Part shown: piece by piece, positions 54,078 through 64,000 of the stretch
Layout of the letters: every line of letters begins with the position of its first letter
Numbering within the stretch: position 1 is the stretch's first letter
Source of the DNA: Schmidtea polychroa
Taxonomy: Eukaryota
Direction: 5' to 3'
DNA: 64,000 bases
Assembly: GCA_044892525.1 (NCBI GenBank)
Contig: CM097885.1
Span: forward strand, 23,810,001-23,874,000
Position numbers and translations under genes: made by a program
Notes under the pieces: model-generated
The model's database searches: none
Seen by the model: only the letters and a program-made list of their open reading frames with translations
Told to the model about the DNA's origin: nothing

Positions 54078-54983
54078 TTAATATTTTGGTAAAATAATTT
54101 TGACATTTTTGTGCAGAATCTTAGAAAAGGAGGCGATATTCGATTTTGACAATCCAATTGAATCTGCTAGCAATTTTGCGTCTACGTCGACATTTTTCAA
54201 GTCACAGACCAATTGAATGCAACATACCGCAATCAAAACGCTTCCTTTAATGCGAAATTCACTAATTTCACTTACATTTTTTACTGCTTCTTTTACAAGC
54301 TTTTCTATTTTGAAATCCGTCACGTCTAAATAATATAAAAATCTGCCAACGAGTAAATCTGGCTTGATTTCACGCGTTGGTCGTTTCAATGCAGTTTGGA
54401 TAAGTTTTAATAACTTTTTGAATTTCTTTTCATCAACCAGTGGACATTCGTTTAATATTTCTTTCGGCAGTCTCGGAACTTCATTGTCTACGCAAGCCAA
54501 ATATAGACATACGCAATTCAAGTTCGCTTTGTTTCGCTTGACACAGGCCTCTGATTTTGTAATTTCATGGAGTAGAGATACAGCTCGCGAATAAACATTT
54601 CTATCTACTTTTATTCTTTCACACAAATCTGCGATTTGTCGTTTCTGGGACGCCAATGACACTTCTTTGCTACTCTTAGTTGAAAGGAATTTAAATTTCG
54701 AATTTCCATTTTCATCTAGAAATCTGAGGTTAAAACCTGTTTGAACGGCAGTCGATGTTTGTCCATCTGTTTCTGACGTTTCCACCTCTCCAACTCGACA
54801 AGCGTCATGTCCATCCGTTCCATCGGATGCGAATGTTCTCCATTCACTAGAAGGATCAATCGCCCGTTCAACTACAACCAGACCACAAGCGGAACATATC
54901 ATATCTCCAGTTCGACAATCAGTTATTAGAACTCTATTTGGATGATATTTACAATGAACCATTTTCATATTGTCATTATTCAT
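54078..54983 (-). CDS. TFIIB: Transcription initiation factor IIB-like, intronless, copy 3
   Basis: Protein identical to copy 2. Confidence 0.93.
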   Translation of the reverse strand: MNNDNMKMVHCKYHPNRVLITDCRTGDMICSACGLVVVERAIDPSSEWRTFASDGTDGHDACRVGEVETSETDGQTSTAVQTGFNLRFLDENGNSKFKFLSTKSSKEVSLASQKRQIADLCERIKVDRNVYSRAVSLLHEITKSEACVKRNKANLNCVCLYLACVDNEVPRLPKEILNECPLVDEKKFKKLLKLIQTALKRPTREIKPDLLVGRFLYYLDVTDFKIEKLVKEAVKNVSEISEFRIKGSVLIAVCCIQLVCDLKNVDVDAKLLADSIGLSKSNIASFSKILHKNVKIILPKY

Positions 54984-57900
54984 TTTATTTGTTTAATAAT
55001 TATATAAATTAATTAATTAATTAAGCAAATTATTTATATATTATTATTTATTTAATTCTTCATTGGTTAAAAGTAATTGTTAATCTAAAAAATGCTAAAA
55101 TATTTTTATATTTAATGTTTTGTGTAAGGTTTTCCGATGAGACAAATGAAAATCGAAACCTCCCTCTCAATTAATGCACATCTGTAATCAGCAAATGTAA
55201 TAATTGTAATAATAAATTCGAAATTATTTCGCTGTTTTTTCAAATATGTAAAACTATTTTCTTCTGATTTAAATTTTATTTGAATTTGGACAGTTTCATA
55301 TTTGTGAAAAATAGGGCTGGAATAGCTGTACTGACCTCATGGAAATGTATTTTCCTTATAATTTCGTTTATAGTGTTGATTATCATAGGAATCTATGTAA
55401 TGTATTGACAAAAAAAGATTTTGAAAGTAATTAAATGATAAATTATTATATTTTTACATAAATTTATGTAATTAAATTTTCTTTAGTTTGTTTTATTTTT
55501 TTATTTATTATTTTAAAATTCTTTAATTAATCTTACTCGAGGAAAACTCTCAGCACATACTATCAACATCTTTGCTGTTATTTTCTCTTTGGTGAATTCT
55601 TTATTCTCAAACAACCTGTCAACAAGGTCCTACACTTTTTTAAAATATGTTTCAATCTCTTCGCCTCTTCTTTTATAATTCAATAAACTTTCCATATCCT
55701 TTATTACGTCCCTTTCGTAATGAAATGCCATTCGTAACCTGGCTTGAAATCCTTCTGCTTTTTTAACTGTTTTCGCATATTTCTCCAATAGATCCTCGTC
55801 GATCATGCATGCGGTGAATCTTTCTTGTTCTTTTTTATTGATGCCTTTAGCATCGAATTAGATCTTGGATCTTCTGATGAATTTTTCCAAGTCATCACCT
55901 TGACAGAACACTTTTGGCAATAATCTTTCGTTAATCGCGTCGGTGTTTACCGCTGCCACCATATCAGGATTCTCATCCGTTTTTAAATCACTAAATAATT
56001 CCATAAATTTTATTTAATAAAAGATATCTCAATTCGGGTAAAGTATATCTATAAAATAAAAATTTAATAAAAAAATATTATAATTTAAATGATATATTTT
56101 AATAAATGTTTACGCAAAAATTTGCAAATCATTATTATTTATTACAATGAATATTTTCAAAATTTTATTTACTAAAAAATAAAAATTTACTAAATTAAAA
56201 ATAATAACATTTACTTAAATAAAAAATTATATTAAATTTCCTTTAAATTATAAAAAGGAATCAATACTTACATTGTAAATTTTTATTTCAATTTATTGAC
56301 ATAATTTTTCTCTTTATTCGTATTACCTAAATTATCAATTAATTAAATCAATAAATTAAAAATTATGTTTACTTTTTCTTTTCAAATTTCCTTTAATCTT
56401 CGATTTCAAATTGTCTTCATTAATATTATGTAACTAAATAAATTATTTAATTAATCAATAAATTAAAATTTACCAAATTTCTGAATTTTTTTCTCGGACA
56501 TTCATAACGTTTTCTATTAGAGAATTCATTTTTAAAGTTAAATATTTGTAAAATGTGACTAATGATAGATTATTGTTTATAGACTGAAGATAATAAACAG
56601 GAACAAATTCTAACCAATCAAAATCAAGGAAAGGTAGGAAAAATATGTATATATATATATATATATATATTACGTTGCGGTATTTTAAAATTTAAATTTA
56701 TTTTAAAAATCCATTTTGACGCTAAAGTCGATTTATATAACAAAGACATAATATACTCATTATTTCCTACAAATATTTCACCCATCAAATACCTACCTAG
56801 AGATGATATATATTGATTGATCATAATAGCAAACTAAATCACAAATTTCAGTATATCTTACAATAATTTTCAAGTAAATTTGAAGTCCTTGATAAAGTTA
56901 ACTGGTTTCTTAGCTTATGTATTTTTAAAAGTTCATCAATGTGTAAATGAAAATATTCATAGAAAAGTATTGAAAAGATTATTGAGTCAAGTGCAATACA
57001 AAGTCATCTAAAATTAAACCTATTACTTGATTATTAACCTAACAGTCATTAAAAAAATTAATTTTTTTTTAAAATTTAGCAAATTATCAAGAAATTCAAT
57101 TAAAATCACCATTAAAACTTTAAATATTTAATCAATCAACATGAAATTCTTAGAAATTATACAAAAAACTACTTAGTCAAATTCAATTACATTACAAAGT
57201 CATATCCTATCACTTGATAATTAACCTAACTGTCATTAAAAATAATTTTTATTTAAAATTAAAAATCAATCAATAAAAATGCATCCAATTATCAAGAAAT
57301 TAATTAAATTTATCTTAGAACTAACTTTGAATTTTTAAATATTCATTCAATCCACATGAAATTCACGAAAATGATAAAAATTCTCAAAAACCATAAACTC
57401 TAAAAAAATTACTAATGAATAGACACCAAAATTTATCTAAATAATCTTTCAAAATAATTCATTAAAATTGAAGACAACACGCTGGAATTTGTCATTACAT
57501 TCAATTAAAATTAACTAAATCAAGATATGAACTTTGATAAAAAATATTATTGTAAAATGGTTAGAATTAACACTGTAGTGTTCTTTAAATCTAATTAACT
57601 TAGTCATAATTTTCTTTAATTATTACTACTAATTCTCATCATCTTTCAAAATTTATTACTTAATTTAAAATTAAATCCTTTAATTTTCTTAATTTTAAAT
57701 TTTAGCATTTAATTACTTTTTTTAAATATATCTCTTATTATTATTTCATAAAAAATCTATTTAAATTTATCATTGAAAATTATTTCAAAAAGATTTGCAT
57801 CTGAAATTGTCAATTCTCATCGTTGATAGTTTTTCAAAATATCTGACAATAAATTATTACTGTAATTTTAAAATTTTTACTTTAATTTACTTAATTTAAA

Positions 57901-60900
57901 AGTATTACTATAATTTAAAAATTTTAATTTAATTCTAGACCTTTGAATACTCAAGTAAAAAAATTTTTAAACCTAAATTTACCTATTTATCATTAATTTA
58001 CTTTAATTTAACCCTTGTTTACCAAATATAGAAGTTTAAAATATAGACCATTGATTACTTTAATTTAAAAATGTATCCCTTAATTTACATTATTTCCATC
58101 TAAAATTTATTCATAAAAATATTTATATAAAATTGTCATAGAAAAATATTTTATAAAAGTTTTCATTTTAAATTTTCATTTCTCATCAGATGATAGTTAT
58201 TCAAAATATCTGACAATAAATTATTAATTTAATTTAAAATTTTACATTAATTTACTTTACTTTAAAATTTTGAACTAAATTACTTTAATTTAAAACTTAA
58301 CCTTAATTCACCTATTTATTTTAATTTACTTAATTTTAAAATTTGGTCCTTAAATTACTAATTTGAACCCATATTTTACTTAAGTTTAAAAATTTAGAAC
58401 TTAATTTAAAATTTTCGACCATAATTAACCTATTTATCATTAATTTACTTTAGTTTAATTTTTGATCCTTGATTAATTCAATATAAAAATTTAGACCCTT
58501 AATTTAATTTAATTGAAAATATTAGACCTTAATTTGCTTATTTATCCTTAATTTATTTAAGTTTAAAAATATAGACTTTTTTAAATTTACTTTAATTTAA
58601 AATTTAACCATTAATTTACAAATTGAAAATTTTAGACCTTAATTTACTTAATTGAAAATTTTAGACCATAATTTTCATGTAAAAATGTCATTGAAAAAAT
58701 TTATATTGTTAGATAATTTTAAATATATTGTTAGATAATTTTTAAATATATTTCTAGATAATTTTAAATATATTTTAGAATAACTCAGTAATTGGTCTCA
58801 ATAAGAATTAATTCTCAATGAGAATTAAGAAAAAGGAAATAAAAGAAAGAAAGAAATGTATTTTCGGGAAGAAGATTGCAAAGTTCCAGGAGATTGACAA
58901 AGACTATCTTATAGTCGAAAATGTTTTTTCATTAAATACATTATTTACAGCTAAAGGTTTAAATTATCACTTTATTGTTTTAAATAATATTTTGAAAATA
59001 ATAATAATAATAGTAATAATAACAATAATATTAATAATAATAATAATAATAGTAATAAGATCTTTGTTCTAGTGGAGTCCTGTTTTATGAGTCTGTTTCA
59101 AAAAATAGATGATGAATCGTTTGACGAGTCTTTGTTCTAAAAATAAATGATGCATTGTCTTTGTTCTAAAAAGGATAAGTCATCGATGAGTCATACAGAA
59201 AGGGGGATGTGCAAAAAAATAAAACAGTACCCACATTTAAACGATGAGTCATCGATAAGTCATTGTCTTTGGTAAAGTGTCAGCATTGGAATCGACATGG
59301 AGTTCCAATATTCATTATTATATTTAATATTACTGTTTATATTTCACATTTGTCTGTTATTGAATGAATGTAGAAAGCCTTCTTCCCTATATAGATGACT
59401 TGTTAATGAATTCCTAATTAGAAAGTTTACTCATGTCAAGAGGCTATAATTACTTTGTGAAATAGGCAAAGATTTTTTCTTCATGTTAACATAAAATTAG
59501 ATTTCAACAACTGATTAATGACAAATTGCAAATTATTGACTATTTTCAATTAATATAATCTTATTACATTTCATTAATAAATGTTTTAAGGCAGTACGAA
59601 TATTAGTAATCAATTAAAAGTTGAGCAGATATTTTGTGAATAAAAATTAGAATTCTATAGTCTTTCGTTGTTATTTTAAAATATTTGAATTATTTTCAAT
59701 TTAACGTGGTGTTTTAAAGTGTTTGAGTTGATAATTATTCATTTTTGACGAAAATCAATATTTTTGTTAAATTTAGACTTAGACAGAAAATGTTTTTCTA
59801 CTGATTGTAATTAAATATATTTTTGAATTTAATACATATAAAAGGTTAATTTATTTAAAAAGCATTTGATAAAATACAATGAAGAATATTTAGTTGATTG
59901 TAAATACCTGGTTGTAAGTCTTTAGTATCTGGTTGTTTGAGAGTTACTTAGTATTTGGTATCTGGTACCTAGTTAGTTGGTTGTTGTTGATTGTTAGTAA
60001 ATAATCTTTGAAACTAATCTGTTAGTAGCTAGTTGTTTGTTGGTTGTTAATACATGGTAGCAGCTATCTGGTTGTAAGTTCTTAGTTGTAAGTATTTGGT
60101 ACTTATTTGTTAGTACCTAGTTAAAAATCCTTAGCAGCTGATAGTTGGTATTTATTATCTGAATGTAAATAATACCTAGATAGTACATATTTGTTAGTAT
60201 TTTGGTTGTAGGTATCTGGTTGAATTTTAGATTTTGACAAGAATTTAAGAAATATTCTTCTTCCTGAATTAAGAAAAGCTTATTATAAGCAAATATATAA
60301 TGATGAATAAATTTTGTATCTTTATCACTGTCTTGTTAATTTTTATTTATTATTATAGTTATTTTTTATGTGTTGTTAATAAAGTCTTTAGTTGTTAAGT
60401 ATTTGATTGAGTTATTATTATTATTATTATTATTATTATAATTATTATTTGCGAAATTTGCATCTAAATTTTCTTTAAAAATTATTTCATAAAAACTTTC
60501 ATTAAAGATTTTCATTTCTCAAAAGCTGCCTATCATTCAAACTTTTTGATTATAAAATTAAAATTATTACTTTAATTAACTTATTTAAAAATTTACTTTA
60601 ATTTAAAATTTTTATTTATTTTACTTAATTTAAAAATATTACTTAAATTTTTAAAATCTTTGAACAATGATTACTTTTTTTAAAAATAAAAGCCCATAAT
60701 TTAATTTGATCAATTTTTAGACTCTTAATTTACTTAAAATTAAATTATTCTCATCATATTTCAAAGTTTATTACTAGTTTTTAAAATTTAGCCCTTCATT
60801 TACTTATTTACCAAATATAACCCTTGTTTACTAATATTTTTAGTAGAAGAAATTAATTGAAATTGATCTTTGAAATTAATTTAATAAAAATTTGTATTAA

Positions 60901-61954
60901 ATTTTGCCTTTGAAAATTATTTCATAAAACTTTCTATTTAAAATTATCTTACAAAATTATTTCATAAAAAATTTCATTTCTCAACAGCTTGCAATTATTC
61001 AAACTTTGTCATAATAAATTTAAAATTCTTTCTTTTATTTACTTTCAATATATAAGAAGTTATATTATACAAAGAAATTCAATAGACTGACTGTATTATG
61101 GAAACACACAAACTTACCTGAGTAGTGTGGTTATATACCCAACCAAAACAGCCCCCCAACAAAAACATGCCTCCAAATCACTTAAGCTATTAGAAAAACA
61201 ACCTAAAACTTATACTTTTATAGTATTTTAACCCTATATTTTGAAAACAACCACCCTTAATGACTCTAACTGTTTTAATCTTTAAAGCCTCAAACTCAAA
61301 AGCTTCAAACTAAAAAGAGAAGAGAAAAGAAAATGGCATTATGAAAAAGTTAGAGGGCTATTTGATCTTTATCAGATTATTGATTTTAAATTATATAAAT
61401 TAAAAAATAAATGAAAAATAGTAAAACTGCTCTGAGGGGACAGTGGTATTTTTTTTTTTTTCACTGTCCCCTCAACAGTTTTTTTTGATCCGGATCATTT
61501 TTTTTATTTATCAATCTCTTTCGTTTATCGAATCTCTTCCAATATACAAGCTGGCCAGACTCATACATCAGAATCAATCCGATAATAGCAGCACACCTTA
61601 TTATTCGCTTCTCGCTCGAATACGATTTCATCGGCGTTTTAAGTGTGCTGCTCGAAAGTACAAATGAATTCGAAAGCGAATTCGAAAGAGGTCCGAAAAC
61701 AACTGAGAAATAAATGTGCACATTAAAGAATCGATCCGGGGGTGTTCGAAAGACAGGTGGCGATAATTACCGGTTCGCCACCATCACCCGTTTCAATATT
61801 TTTTTTTTCATATTTATGTTTAAAAAATAATTAATTAATAAAAAAATAAAATAAAATAAAATAAATAAAATAAAATATACAAGTACTTTATAAATATAAG
61901 ATACCCACACTATTTTCAATATTATTTTCAAATTTTTAATATTATTTTATGTTG

Positions 61955-62038
61955 AAAAAAAAACTAACCTCAGATGTGATTTGAACCGCTAGCATTTTGA
62001 ACCACTGTGTCAGTCTAGCCCACTGCGCCATCAAGGTT
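61955..62038 (-). ncRNA. tRNA-like RNA polymerase III unit (degenerate tRNA/SINE head or VA-like RNA)
   Basis: Minus strand has an A box TGGCGCAGTGG, a B box GGTTCAAATC, partly pairing ends (AACCTTG/TGAGGTT) and a T9 terminator. The cloverleaf is imperfect. Confidence 0.55.
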
Positions 62039-62104
62039 TGGATTTTTTGTCATTTTTTAAATTTTTATTATAAAAAATGAATAATATAAATCTTAAAAAA
62101 TAAA

Positions 62105-64000
62105 ATGAAAACAGGGTATCCAATAAAAAATTTTTTTCTAAAAATGAATTGTAATATTTGCAATAAAGTTTTTAAAAATAAAACTGGATTAATTTCTCAC
62201 TTAAAATCGAAAGCTCATTTATTAAAAGAAAATAATCTTAATGATACAAATTCAAAACTTTGTCTTAAATGTAAAGGAAGATTTCTACATTCTGGATATA
62301 ATAAACATTTTGAAAATTGTATCGGGAAAAATAGAGAAATATTTACATGTCCTCATTGTAACTTTTCAACAAAACTAAATTTCTATTATTTAGAACATAT
62401 AAAAGAATGTAAAAATAAAAAACAAAATTCTGACGATGAGGAATGTCATTCAGAAGGAGAGCCTGATCATGTTGAAAGAGAAAAATATAACTGGGATAAT
62501 TTTAATCATATAGATGAATTTCAATTAAAAATTAATGGGCCTGCAACTCCTGGAGAATATATAAATAAAAATAAAAAAATTATTAAAAATTCTTTCACTG
62601 AAGCTTTAAAAAATTATAAACCGACAAGGTATAATGTTATAAAATATAAAATTATAATCAAAGCAAAATACTGGCGAGGAGCAGAAGAAAAGACAACACC
62701 CTTAGATGTTGAAATTGGAATACCTTTTAAATATTTATTTTCAATTAAAGGATTTGATAAAACCATCAAAGAAATAATTAAAGCAGCAGAAGCAAAACAA
62801 GAGGAAGTAGAAAATGAATTAGGAGATTCAAACTTAGTATTCAACTCTTTCCAAACTTTAGTGATTGATTATTGGAGAGGATTACCACCCAATCCTAAAT
62901 CTTATATTCCTACACCCTTTAAATCTAAAAATGTTATAAATGTACAGAATAATGATAACAAATGTTTCATCTGGTCAATACTTGCACATTTACATCCTCA
63001 AGCAACAAATCCCCAAAGAGTTTCAAAATACAAACAATATGAAAATGAATTAATATTTCCCAAAGGATTCAAACACCCAATGAAACTAGAAGACATTCCA
63101 GAATTTGAAAAATTAAATAATCTTAAACTTAATATTTATGAACATGTTATAGGGAAAGAAATTATTCCAATTTATATTTCAGATAGTGGAACCAAGGATA
63201 ACGGAGCACAGGACAACGAGATATATCTTTTAATCTTGGAACAAGAAAATAATCAACATTATGTTTTAATAAAAAACTTTCAAGCTTTTACATCTCCAGA
63301 GAATCCAACTAGTGGAGGAGGAACATGTAAAAGATGTCTTCATTATTCAACAACTAAAAACTCTATGATTAAACATACAAGATTTTGTGAAAAAGATGAT
63401 CCAGCTTTAATTAAAATGCCTAATAATCCCAAGATGTATTGTAAAAACTTTTCAAATTTACTACAAACAGTTGGAGTTCTTTATGGTGACTTTGAATCTA
63501 TAAACCATAAACAAGATTTGGTTTATCAATATTTAAAAATAATAGAAAAAAATAAACTCATGGATTTATGGAACTCCTCAGGAGAGAAGATGAAACCAGA
63601 GAGGATGAAAGCCTTTCTAAGAAAAAGAAATAAACCTAATAGTGTTAAAAAAACTAAACAATTACCATCTGCTTATAAATTATTATTTAAAAGTAATTAT
63701 CCTGAACTCATAGAATCTAGAGAATATTCAATTCTAGGAGGTACCCCTGAAGAAGTCTTGAATCATTTTACTAAAAATATAAATGATCTAGAACATGAAA
63801 TATTTAAAGTATTAAAAACAAACTATCCTCAAAATATTTCTAATCAACAACAACAAGAATATGAAAATACTTCCAACTGTTGGATGTGTAAACAGAATAT
63901 TCTTCCTGATGAAAAAGTTATAGATCATGATCATTTAAAAAAGGAAAATAATTATCGAGGAGCAGCTCATAAAAATTGAAATCTTAATTGCCATACTCCT
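62105..64000 (+). CDS. Polinton/Maverick-type DNA polymerase B, N-terminal part (zinc fingers, exonuclease I motif, inserted endonuclease VII/HNH domain)
   Basis: C2H2-like fingers, INVQNNDNKCFIWSILAHLHP...NPQRVSKY, HYVLIKNF, CKRCL, YGDFES, CWMCK...KVIDHDHL...YRGAAHKN*NL. The TGA at 63977 falls at the conserved Cys of AHxxCNL. Confidence 0.9.

Overview
AT-rich eukaryotic DNA, most likely from an invertebrate animal: the TFIIB is metazoan-type, the TAF4 carries a TAFH domain, and there is a short GT-AG intron plus (AT)n/(ATT)n microsatellites. The window is dense in mobile-element relics. Polinton/Maverick/adintovirus-type protein-primed DNA polymerase B sequences sit at both ends (1-1354 and 62105-64000). 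Other elements are a complete hAT transposon with TIRs and an 8-bp TSD (21853-24591), an internally deleted hAT-like element (28399-30369), and pogo, Merlin/ISXO2 and Gypsy fragments. The main observation is a concentration of divergent, intronless RNA polymerase II basal transcription factor genes. These are two decayed compact TBP-like genes missed by the ORF track (15148-15500, 27339-27759), a possible third TBP-fold ORF (2208-3107), an intact TAF4-like gene (30612-31994), and three intact TFIIB genes in a ~7.9-kb tandem array (~34-59 kb). Each array unit also carries a Polinton PolB fragment and a Gag-like fragment. All protein family calls come from manual translation and motif recognition; no database searches were run.
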